Virus record (IMG/VR): IMGVR_UViG_3300033067_000478
Span: 1 to 24,022 of that record
Source of the DNA: a virus
Lineage: Duplodnaviria; Caudoviricetes
DNA length: 24,022 nt
Strand: one strand, 5' to 3'
Positions within the stretch are counted from its first letter, which is position 1. Every line of letters starts with the position of its first letter. Position numbers and translations under genes: made by a program. The notes beneath the pieces were generated by a model. It made no database searches. It was given only the letters and a program-made list of their open reading frames with translations, and was not told the DNA's origin. Below, one piece after another: positions 9,241-16,932 of the stretch.

Positions 9241-10170
9241 ATGTCATTCGTTGTATCTTCCCTCAGCAACTACACCAACGAACAGTCTACCGACTTGTTG
9301 GTAAAAGCGTTGTTCGGTTCAAAAACCGCTTCAACTTTGCAAAGCGCAGGTCAAGTGCAGGTAGGCGTTAAATCGTCTGCTTCTTTGAACTTGTTGGCTT
9401 CTACCGTTTTCTTCCAAGCCGACGGCTGTGGTTACAATCCAAGTGGTGCTACTACTTTCACTCAACGTAACATCACCGTTGGTGCAGTTAAAGTAGAAGA
9501 GACATTGTGTCCTAAGACTTTGGAAGCAAAGTGGATGCAAACTCAAATCATGGCTGGTTCTCCAACTATGGTTCCTTTTGAAGAGCAAATCGGTAGCGAA
9601 AAATCTGCGGTTATTGCAGAAGGTATCGAAATTGCAATGTGGCAAGGTGACACAACTAGCGGAAACCCTAACTTGAACCGCTTCGATGGTTTCAACAAAA
9701 TTATCGCCGCCGCTTCTCCAACATTGGGTAATGGTGCGCCAACTACTTTCACTTCTGTAACCGTTACAAATATCGACGATATCTTAGACCAAATCTACGC
9801 TCAAATCCCATCTCGTGTGGCTGCAAAGAGTGACTTGGTTTGTTTCTTGGGAATCGACGCATTCAAATTGATGCTTGTTAACTTGAAGAATGCCAACTTA
9901 TTCCATTACGCAGTAGACGCAAGTCAAACTATGGAAATGGTTTACCCTGGCACTAACATGAAATTGATTGGCGTTGGTGGTTTGAATGGTACTAACAAAA
10001 TCGTTGCAGGTTCTTTGAGTAACTTCTTTGTAGGTACTGACCTTGCAAACGAAGAAGAGTCATATAAATTGTGGTACTCTGAGGACAACGACGAGGTTCG
10101 TTTCCGTACTACTTTCAAGTATGGTGTTCAAGTTGCTTACCCTAGCGAAGTTGTATATTTCACCCTCTAA
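9241..10170 (+). CDS. Major capsid protein
   Basis: 309 aa after protease and scaffold, preceded by an A-rich leader. ETLCPKTLE, MWQGD, FDGF motifs; strongly biased codon usage. Confidence 0.75.
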   Translation: MSFVVSSLSNYTNEQSTDLLVKALFGSKTASTLQSAGQVQVGVKSSASLNLLASTVFFQADGCGYNPSGATTFTQRNITVGAVKVEETLCPKTLEAKWMQTQIMAGSPTMVPFEEQIGSEKSAVIAEGIEIAMWQGDTTSGNPNLNRFDGFNKIIAAASPTLGNGAPTTFTSVTVTNIDDILDQIYAQIPSRVAAKSDLVCFLGIDAFKLMLVNLKNANLFHYAVDASQTMEMVYPGTNMKLIGVGGLNGTNKIVAGSLSNFFVGTDLANEEESYKLWYSEDNDEVRFRTTFKYGVQVAYPSEVVYFTL

Positions 10171-10183
10171 TCTAACATAAACA

Positions 10184-10690
10184 ATGGCTTGTCTTCTCAC
10201 TCAAGGTTTCACTCTAGATTGTAAAGATTCAATCGGAGGTATCAAGAGCATCCACTTAATCTCGTGGACTGCTTCCAAATTCACTATTGCGAGTGGCGAA
10301 GTTACTGCAACCACCGTCGCAAGTGGTGATGTTTATGACTATGAATTGCCAAAGGGTACTGGCTCAATGACTAACACTACAAACGTGTCAGTTGAGAATG
10401 GTACTACTTTCAATCAATGTGACGTAGCATTCAAATTGCGTCGCTTGTCTACTACTAAGCGCAACGAGATGAAACTTCTCGCTCAAGGTCGCACGTACAC
10501 AATCGTGCGTGACAACAACGATGCGTATTGGTTAGTAGGTAACGAGTATGGATGCGATGTGACTGCGATGGTTGCAAATAGCGGTACTGCTATGGGCGAT
10601 TCAAATGGTTACGAAGTGACTTTGTCAGCAATCGAAGCGGAAGCACCTTACAAATTGCAATCTAGCGTAGTGACTGCGTTAGGAATTTAA
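10184..10690 (+). CDS. Putative major tail (tube) protein
   Basis: 168 aa, beta-rich (CKDSIGGIK, DNNDAYWLVG, SGTAMGDSNGYEVTL). Follows the capsid gene with similar codon bias and precedes a terminator. Confidence 0.55.
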   Translation: MACLLTQGFTLDCKDSIGGIKSIHLISWTASKFTIASGEVTATTVASGDVYDYELPKGTGSMTNTTNVSVENGTTFNQCDVAFKLRRLSTTKRNEMKLLAQGRTYTIVRDNNDAYWLVGNEYGCDVTAMVANSGTAMGDSNGYEVTLSAIEAEAPYKLQSSVVTALGI

Positions 10691-10692
10691 CG

Positions 10693-10700
10693 TACATTTG
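10693..10700 (+). promoter_or_regulatory. Bacteroidota -7 element (TACATTTG) upstream of the putative sRNA
   Basis: Matches TAnnTTTG. No ORF lies between it and the terminator 35 nt downstream. The -33 element is weak. Confidence 0.5.
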
Positions 10701-10704
10701 TAGT

Positions 10705-10760
10705 TGTTCTTGATTCATATTAGTTTTCAGAATTGGGAGGGCTTCGGCTCTCCCTTTTTT
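10705..10760 (+). ncRNA. Putative trans-acting antisense sRNA targeting start codons of replication genes
   Basis: 10714-10728 is the exact reverse complement of 19566-19580 (ERF start). 10704-10719 matches 23015-23030 (DnaB start) at 15/16. Bounded by a promoter-like box and an intrinsic terminator. Confidence 0.6.
10735..10760 (+). terminator. Intrinsic terminator
   Basis: GGGAGGGC-TTCG-GCTCTCCC (8-bp stem with one G-U, cUUCGg tetraloop) followed by TTTTTT. Confidence 0.9.
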
Positions 10761-10786
10761 GTTACATCTTTTTGACGTTGCTATTT
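10761..10786 (+). promoter_or_regulatory. Putative phage late promoter (GTTACA-N14-CTATTT)
   Basis: Immediately after a terminator, so a new promoter is needed. CTATTT lies 7 nt before ATG 10794. Confidence 0.55.
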
Positions 10787-10793
10787 ATTTAAG

Positions 10794-11123
10794 ATGCTAA
10801 CTATCAACAAAGGTCAAACGAAGTACTGGTACTTGACACTCACAGAGATTGCGAGTGCATCGTCTTACGTCTTCACCTTTACGCATCGACAAACATTCAC
10901 TCAAGTGACTAGAACTTTGAGCGATGTTTCAACGCATACAGAACGCTACAATCAATTTCAATTCATCGAGGGTACTACTGCTACTCTTCTAGAGGGAGAA
11001 CACGAATATAGCGTCTCTACAAGCGGTGGCACACTATGCGAAACGGGTATTCTAAAAGTAGAAACCACAATAAGTAGCACACAATACACACCAACACTAA
11101 CAGAAAAAATCTACACAACATGA
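10794..11123 (+). CDS. Hypothetical structural protein (Ig/beta-sandwich-like)
   Basis: 109 aa Thr-rich ORF, ATGA-coupled to the next gene in the virion module. Confidence 0.5.
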   Translation: MLTINKGQTKYWYLTLTEIASASSYVFTFTHRQTFTQVTRTLSDVSTHTERYNQFQFIEGTTATLLEGEHEYSVSTSGGTLCETGILKVETTISSTQYTPTLTEKIYTT

Positions 11124-11380
11124 GTACTTCAACAGACATCATCGCAGGTGGCGGGTCATTCACTCGTCATGGCTCGGGAACGGTTACAGGCGTATCATAC
11201 AACGCAGTTATCCCACAAGAAGACACTATCTTTACTTCATTCTCTATCAATGGCGTAAACGTATTGTCTGCTCGTGGTATGAGTGGAGTCACTTTCAAAC
11301 AAGGTGCATACTTGCCAGCAGGTAACGGCTTGAAAATTACGGGCTTTGTAACTTCTTCGGGTAGCGTAATCGGTTATTGA
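11120..11380 (+). CDS. Hypothetical small structural protein
   Basis: 86 aa Gly/Ser/Thr-rich ORF ending in SGSVIGY; coupled to both neighbours. Confidence 0.5.
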   Translation: MSTSTDIIAGGGSFTRHGSGTVTGVSYNAVIPQEDTIFTSFSINGVNVLSARGMSGVTFKQGAYLPAGNGLKITGFVTSSGSVIGY

Positions 11381-12735
11381 TGAGAATGGGCATAGGTTTG
11401 GGCGTTGGAATCAATCGTTCCAATTATGCCCAAGGGATATTTAACGCTTATTCCGCACGAGTTGTGGCGGATGGTGGCGTAACTGAATCGGGTACTTGCG
11501 TTGATGCGGTTAGTAGTTTGTTGCAATCAGCGTCCTTGTTACTCATTCCAAGCGGTTACAAGGGTGGCAAGTTATACTCCGAAATTCCCACAAACGGAAA
11601 CGGAGATTTAACTTGGACAAGAACAAGCACGGCAATTCGCACGAATAGTTCGGGGTTGTTGGAATCAATGGCTACGGGTGTTCCCCGTCTATCCTATATG
11701 TACGGCAGTTGTCCGGCGGTGTTGGCTGAACCGCAGAGGACGAATTTGGACCCGAACTCTCAAACATTTAGTGGTTGGGTTTTAACCAATAGCGGTGGAA
11801 CAACAGTAACAACGGTAAGCGCATCAAATCCTTACAATTTCTCAACGGTTGCAAAAGTAATACCGGACGCAGTACTTGGACAGCATAGACCTTTTACAAC
11901 AATTAACTATTCGGCAGCGGGTAGAATATGGGTAATTGCAAAATCGGCGGGATATGATTATTTATCATTTGGAGAAACAGGGTCAGTTGCGGGTGGGTCA
12001 ATTATTTTTAACCTGTCTAATGGTACAATATCAGGAAGTGCAGCAGGATATACGGGTGAAATTTCTTCATTGGGGGGTGGGTGGTATAAATGTTCGCTAA
12101 ATATAATACAAACGGGTGCTTTTTCTCGATTTATTGTTGTTCGCAATGCCAATTCAACTGCCGACTATACGGGCGACGGAACAAGTGGCGTTTTAATTGC
12201 ACATAAACAAATGGAGGTTGGCGCTTACGATACAACATCCATTTTAACTTCGGGAGCCACCGCAACCCGTGTTGCAGATTCATTCAGTCGCTCAAACATC
12301 TACACCAATGGTTTGATAAGTGCGAGTGGGGGTACTTGGTTTGTGGAGTTGAGGGGGAATATACCTTACACACGCGATGCTTCTATAAATTCTTTATTTG
12401 TAGCCGATACAAATTTAGGCAGTACAAATGGTTTTGTATTCCGAAATCAAGGTTCGGCAAATTCAAGATTATTTTTAGCCAAAAGAGTTGCGGGAGCAGA
12501 AACAACCATATACCAAACAACAACGGACACTGCTAAAATTGCAGTAAAATGGGATGGCACAAGTTGTGATGTTTTTGCAAATGGAACAAAAGTAACTTCT
12601 GCAAGTTCGTTCACAACAACATTAATGGAATTTTTAATAGCAAACGGGAATGATGTACCAAAATTCATCCAACAAATGGCACTTTTCCCAATCCCATTAA
12701 CTGACGCACAATGTCAAACACTAACAACTCTATAA
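11380..12735 (+). CDS. Putative fibre/receptor-binding or head-fibre protein with lectin-like domains
   Basis: N-terminal GIGLGVG, RTSTAIRTNSSGLLE, EPQRTN, GGGWYKCS, TRVADS and a C-terminal LamG-like strand (KIAVKWDG...FANG...LTDAQCQTLT). ATG 11380 overlaps the upstream TGA. Confidence 0.6.
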   Translation: MRMGIGLGVGINRSNYAQGIFNAYSARVVADGGVTESGTCVDAVSSLLQSASLLLIPSGYKGGKLYSEIPTNGNGDLTWTRTSTAIRTNSSGLLESMATGVPRLSYMYGSCPAVLAEPQRTNLDPNSQTFSGWVLTNSGGTTVTTVSASNPYNFSTVAKVIPDAVLGQHRPFTTINYSAAGRIWVIAKSAGYDYLSFGETGSVAGGSIIFNLSNGTISGSAAGYTGEISSLGGGWYKCSLNIIQTGAFSRFIVVRNANSTADYTGDGTSGVLIAHKQMEVGAYDTTSILTSGATATRVADSFSRSNIYTNGLISASGGTWFVELRGNIPYTRDASINSLFVADTNLGSTNGFVFRNQGSANSRLFLAKRVAGAETTIYQTTTDTAKIAVKWDGTSCDVFANGTKVTSASSFTTTLMEFLIANGNDVPKFIQQMALFPIPLTDAQCQTLTTL

Positions 12736-12736
12736 A

Positions 12737-13072
12737 ATGACCTTTTGTAAATATCAATTTTTAAGCGAAACCGAATGGGCAACATACAAAGCCCAAATTA
12801 CGGACACGGACGGCAACCCCGTAAACTGCGCTATCGTAGAAATCGGTAACATCTGCCTTGCTCAAGATGAAGAGGGCAACTGCACCAACCTTTCCCCGTT
12901 GTATGCGGTGGACATTCTTTGGAACGATGAGCCGTTGGAATCATTCAGCACAAAAGAGGTGTTCCCAAATCCAATTGGGGTGCATACTTTTTCGGGTGAT
13001 GATTCACTTTACCTTGACCGCTTTTGTTTGTTTAATCCTGAATCGCCATATTGCACAAATGAGACACTTTGA
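12737..13072 (+). CDS. Hypothetical fibre-associated protein
   Basis: 111 aa acidic ORF directly after the fibre gene (YAVDILW, GVHTFSG). Confidence 0.5.
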   Translation: MTFCKYQFLSETEWATYKAQITDTDGNPVNCAIVEIGNICLAQDEEGNCTNLSPLYAVDILWNDEPLESFSTKEVFPNPIGVHTFSGDDSLYLDRFCLFNPESPYCTNETL

Positions 13073-13250
13073 AAATGATACAATCGCAAACATCGCAACG
13101 GGTATTTCTTGTTCGTCTGCGGTGCTACATTTTGCGACTACTTGGCAACCTCTTTTTTCTCTTATTCTGGCTCTTGTTGGTATTGTATCGGGATTGTTCG
13201 CGATTCGTTACTACGCTAAAAAAATCGAGAAACTAGATGGCAAAGACTAG
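13059..13250 (+). CDS. Small membrane protein, holin/antiholin-like
   Basis: 63 aa from ATG 13059; hydrophobic LFSLILALVGIVSGLFAI followed by a basic C-terminus. Confidence 0.55.
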   Translation: MRHFENDTIANIATGISCSSAVLHFATTWQPLFSLILALVGIVSGLFAIRYYAKKIEKLDGKD

Positions 13251-13356
13251 CAACACTAGTGTATTCAGAGCGAAGCCAAAGAACAAACTTCGTAGACACA
13301 CTAAGCACGTCAACAAGCACAAAAGCGCAAAGCCATACAAAGGTCAAGGCAAATGA
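13237..13356 (+). CDS. Small basic protein ending in YKGQGK
   Basis: Not in ORF track. MAKTSNTSVFRAKPKNKLRRHTKHVNKHKSAKPYKGQGK (39 aa). It fills the gap, and its TGA overlaps the next ATG. Confidence 0.65.
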   Translation: MAKTSNTSVFRAKPKNKLRRHTKHVNKHKSAKPYKGQGK

Positions 13357-13517
13357 TAGATAGAATCTTTAAGAATTGGAAGACTACTGCTCTAGGAATT
13401 GGGGTGATTATCGCTTCATTCGTACTCGTATTCTTTGAGAAAACGACATTGAGCGAGGTTTCTGTATTCTTAGGTGGTGGATTTATGATGCTATTTATCA
13501 AAGACAAAAAAGAATAA
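13353..13517 (+). CDS. Putative two-TM holin
   Basis: Not in ORF track. MIDRIFKNWKTTALGIGVIIASFVLVFFEKTTLSEVSVFLGGGFMMLFIKDKKE (54 aa): two hydrophobic helices and a charged tail. Confidence 0.65.
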   Translation: MIDRIFKNWKTTALGIGVIIASFVLVFFEKTTLSEVSVFLGGGFMMLFIKDKKE

Positions 13518-13527
13518 ACGCTATTTA
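13501..13527 (+). promoter_or_regulatory. Putative phage late promoter (AAGACA-N14-CTATTT)
   Basis: CTATTT 13521-13526 lies 7 nt before the portal ATG 13534; shares a 15-mer with 7737-7751. Confidence 0.55.
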
Positions 13528-13533
13528 CTAGTA

Positions 13534-15420
13534 ATGAACTTCGAGAGACTTCAATTTCACGAGAATAAACTACCGACATTCAAAGAGAATAAGTCGAAAG
13601 ACATATACAACTTTGGAGATGACAACTTGTACCCCGATTTACTAGTAGACTTGTTCTCTAAATCACCCAAACACAACGCTATTGTATCATCAAAAGCGTC
13701 ATATGTTGCAGGTGTAGGAACTGCTATCGTAGGTGAGAACACTCAAGACGTAGCAAAAGCAGAAGCAAAACTAAAGTCAATCAACACATACGAGTCGTTT
13801 GAAGAAGTAAAGCAAAAAATCGCTTACGACTTAGAGTTATTCAATGGCTTTGCAATCGAGGTGATTTGGAATCGTGCGAAGACTGCAATCGCAGAACTTT
13901 ACCACCTACCTTTCAAGAATGTACGAGTAGGTCTTGACGATTGCTACTATTATAGTGAAGATTGGTCGAATCGTAGAGAAGAGATTGTTCATTACAACCC
14001 TTTCAACGAGAACACTCGTGAGTCAAAGCAGTTGTTCTACTATAAGATGTATCGACCAGGTCAAGGAGTTTACCCTTTGCCCGACTATGTAGGTGCGTTG
14101 AAGTACATCGAAATTGACACAGAAGTTTCAAACTGGCATTTGAACTCTATCAAGAATGGCTTCTCAGCGCAAACCTTGATACAAATGTTTAAGGGCGTAC
14201 CAACGCCAGAAGAAGCCAGAAAGGCAAAGCGTAGATTCAAAGACTCATATCAAGGTACAGACAACGCAGGTGGTTTGATATTGATGTATAACGACCCCAA
14301 CGAGAGAGAGTCGATTGTGTCAAACATTCAACCTAGCGACTTTGACAAACAATTTGATATCTTGAACAAGACGGTTCAACAAGAGATTTTTGTAGGTCAC
14401 AAAATCAACTCACCGATGTTGTTCGGTGTTCGTGTAGAAGGTCAACTCGGTGGTCGTAGCGAAATGATTGAAGCATACGAGATGTTTCAACAATCGTATG
14501 TAGAACCTCGTCAAGGTAAAATGGACGAGCAACTATCATATTTGTTCTCTTTCATCTCTCCTGTCAAACTTGAGACCATTAACAAACCACCTCTAGGACT
14601 TGACTACTTAGACTTGTACACTCGTAACTTGATATCAAACGAAGAAGCGCGTAAAGAGTTGGGATTGCCAGAACTTTCTACTGTGAAGATTCAATCAAAC
14701 TTGAACGACGCAATCAACTCTTTGAGTCCTTTGGTAGCGAACAACGTCTTGTCAAATATGACAATCAACGAGAAGCGTCAACTTGCAGGTTTACCACCTA
14801 TCGCAAATGGTGACAACATCGCAGGTGCAGAAGCAGTCGCTCTATCAAAAGCAAATCCTTTCGGTTGGGACGACGAGCGCGACTTGAAAGTCTTCTCTCA
14901 ATTTGGTGAAGATGCTTCTCTCTTTGAAGAGGTTAAAATGAGTTTCGCTAGTGACATCGAGAAAGCAATCTTGAACACAATCAAAGAAAACAAGGGTATC
15001 ACAATAGGCGAAGTTGTTAACATCATAGACGCAGACTTGTTGAAAGTGTCTCAAGCAATAGACAACTTGAATAAGACGGGAATGATTCAACCCGCAGAAG
15101 GTGGCTTGACAATCACAGACGATGGCTTGAGAGAAATCGCAGACATTCAAACTGAGTTACTCGTACGCTATAAATACGAGAAAGCACCAAACACAAAAGG
15201 TGATATCATTATAGACACATCTCGTGAGTTTTGTCGTAGCGTAGTAAGAGTCAATCGTGTATACTCTCGTCAAGATATTAACGATATGAGTGCGCTTCTA
15301 GGTTATGACGTATGGAAGCGTCGTGGTGGTTGGTATACTATCCCCGATTCATCACCTGCCGTGCATCGCCCATCGTGCAGACATATTTGGGCTTCTAAAG
15401 TAGTAAGAAGAAAGAAATGA
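13534..15420 (+). CDS. Portal protein with C-terminal extension
   Basis: FGDDNLYP, SPKHNAI, DLELFNGFAIEV, YPLPDY, NGFS, GTDNAG, HKINSPMLFG, EARKELGLP. The C-terminus carries SREFCR...RGGW...CRHIW. Confidence 0.8.
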   Translation: MNFERLQFHENKLPTFKENKSKDIYNFGDDNLYPDLLVDLFSKSPKHNAIVSSKASYVAGVGTAIVGENTQDVAKAEAKLKSINTYESFEEVKQKIAYDLELFNGFAIEVIWNRAKTAIAELYHLPFKNVRVGLDDCYYYSEDWSNRREEIVHYNPFNENTRESKQLFYYKMYRPGQGVYPLPDYVGALKYIEIDTEVSNWHLNSIKNGFSAQTLIQMFKGVPTPEEARKAKRRFKDSYQGTDNAGGLILMYNDPNERESIVSNIQPSDFDKQFDILNKTVQQEIFVGHKINSPMLFGVRVEGQLGGRSEMIEAYEMFQQSYVEPRQGKMDEQLSYLFSFISPVKLETINKPPLGLDYLDLYTRNLISNEEARKELGLPELSTVKIQSNLNDAINSLSPLVANNVLSNMTINEKRQLAGLPPIANGDNIAGAEAVALSKANPFGWDDERDLKVFSQFGEDASLFEEVKMSFASDIEKAILNTIKENKGITIGEVVNIIDADLLKVSQAIDNLNKTGMIQPAEGGLTITDDGLREIADIQTELLVRYKYEKAPNTKGDIIIDTSREFCRSVVRVNRVYSRQDINDMSALLGYDVWKRRGGWYTIPDSSPAVHRPSCRHIWASKVVRRKK

Positions 15421-15980
15421 CAAACTTTGTATACTTCGTTTCGACAACGTATTTGAAAGACAATACGCCTATCAACGAGAATGTCGATGACAAACTCTTA
15501 AAAAATGCCATCAAAGAGAGTCAAGAGATATACATTCGTGACATCATTGGAAGTGGTATCTATAACGAACTACAAACTCAAGCGTTTGCAGGTACACTCA
15601 CCGCGCTCAATACAACGCTTCTAGACTCTTATATTGCGCCGTGCTTGAAGTACTATACTTTATGTGAAGCGATGCTTCCTATGACGTTCAAATTGATGAA
15701 TAAGAGCGTAGCAAGTAGAGAGAGTGACAACGCTCGTGCAATAAGTGTAGACGAGTTGACTCTTTTAGAGAATCGCTATCGTGATAAAGCAGAGTACTAC
15801 GCGAATCGTTTGAGAGATTACTTGAGAGAATACACAAACGACTACCCGTTGTTCTTAAACCCTGGCTCAACCTTTGATACTATTCGCCCATCAAGCACTA
15901 CTTTTGTAGGAGGTATCTATTTACCCACAGACTATGACGATTGTTTCTGGAACTATGACTTCCCGCCCGACGAGAGATAA
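15417..15980 (+). CDS. Putative head-tail connector/adaptor
   Basis: 187 aa helical ORF, ATGA-coupled to the portal gene. Confidence 0.45.
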   Translation: MTNFVYFVSTTYLKDNTPINENVDDKLLKNAIKESQEIYIRDIIGSGIYNELQTQAFAGTLTALNTTLLDSYIAPCLKYYTLCEAMLPMTFKLMNKSVASRESDNARAISVDELTLLENRYRDKAEYYANRLRDYLREYTNDYPLFLNPGSTFDTIRPSSTTFVGGIYLPTDYDDCFWNYDFPPDER

Positions 15981-16027
15981 TAAGTGGCAAAAAAACAACG
16001 AAGCCAAACTCATTAAATTCTTAAAGA

Positions 16028-16471
16028 ATGACCCTAAATCAAATCATAGCAAAAATACGAACGCAAGTCGAAAGTCATAAGATGGTAGGGAAGTTCTCTG
16101 TTGGCGCAGAGTACAACCTAGCAGTCGACGATGTGAAGTTCTACCCTCTCGTTTGGTTAGTGCCAGACGGCTTTGATTTAGCAACTCGTGACGGGCGATA
16201 TGTGAACTATCGCTTTGCTCTTCTAGTATTCGATAGAGTATTCGAAAGCGAGTCAAACACAATCGAAGTGTTGAGCGATACTGCTCAAATTATTATCGAC
16301 ATTATGTCTCTAATCGACTACCACTACAACAACTTAGAAGATTTTCAGTTGATAGTGAGTAGCACGGCAGAGCCATTCTATGACGCAAAAACAGACATTG
16401 TCGCAGGTTATGGCATCCAATTCCAAATTTCTACTCCTTACTTGGCTAATAGTTGCGTTGTACCTGTGTAG
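16028..16471 (+). CDS. Putative tail terminator/head-tail joining protein
   Basis: 147 aa acidic ORF (YPLVW, EVLSDTAQI, AEPF, VAG) in the head-tail block. Confidence 0.5.
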   Translation: MTLNQIIAKIRTQVESHKMVGKFSVGAEYNLAVDDVKFYPLVWLVPDGFDLATRDGRYVNYRFALLVFDRVFESESNTIEVLSDTAQIIIDIMSLIDYHYNNLEDFQLIVSSTAEPFYDAKTDIVAGYGIQFQISTPYLANSCVVPV

Positions 16472-16715
16472 CATTGTGTATGCTTTCTTCAATTTCAAAC
16501 CGATTGAGAAAGAACCGATGTACATTGAGACAATTTCTTACTATGAAGATACTATCGAGAAAGTGCGATTTAAGAAACAGATTCTACGCGATTCTATTTA
16601 TATGTATGACACGATGTATGTTGACACTTTTTCTCGTACTAGCGACGGGCTTAAAAGGGCAATCAATTTGCATCGACACATTGACTCTCTCACGAGCGAA
16701 TTACTATCTCGTTGA
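16410..16715 (+). CDS. Membrane-anchored protein, inner-spanin-like
   Basis: N-terminal TM (FLLLTWLIVALYLCSIVYAFF) followed by a helical periplasmic-type part; overlaps the next ORF. Confidence 0.45.
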   Translation: MASNSKFLLLTWLIVALYLCSIVYAFFNFKPIEKEPMYIETISYYEDTIEKVRFKKQILRDSIYMYDTMYVDTFSRTSDGLKRAINLHRHIDSLTSELLSR

Positions 16716-16932
16716 GGGTGCAAAAGCGAGACGCAAAGTTCTCGACTACAAAAAGTTGATTTTACTAGATTCTATTGAAATCGCACAAATCGACTCTATT
16801 CGCACAATTCAAGCACGAACAATACAAACTAAGCAAATCGAAATCGAGTCGCTTAGAACGCACGAGAAGACGCTTAAATCGCAAATAGTAGTTTTCTCTA
16901 TCATTGCTTTTGTGCTTGGTCTTATTATATGA
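16606..16932 (+). CDS. Signal peptide + coiled coil + C-terminal TM protein, spanin-like
   Basis: MTRCMLTLFLVLATGLKGQSIC..., a heptad-like middle and C-terminal IVVFSIIAFVLGLII. Start uncertain. Confidence 0.45.
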   Translation: MTRCMLTLFLVLATGLKGQSICIDTLTLSRANYYLVEGAKARRKVLDYKKLILLDSIEIAQIDSIRTIQARTIQTKQIEIESLRTHEKTLKSQIVVFSIIAFVLGLII

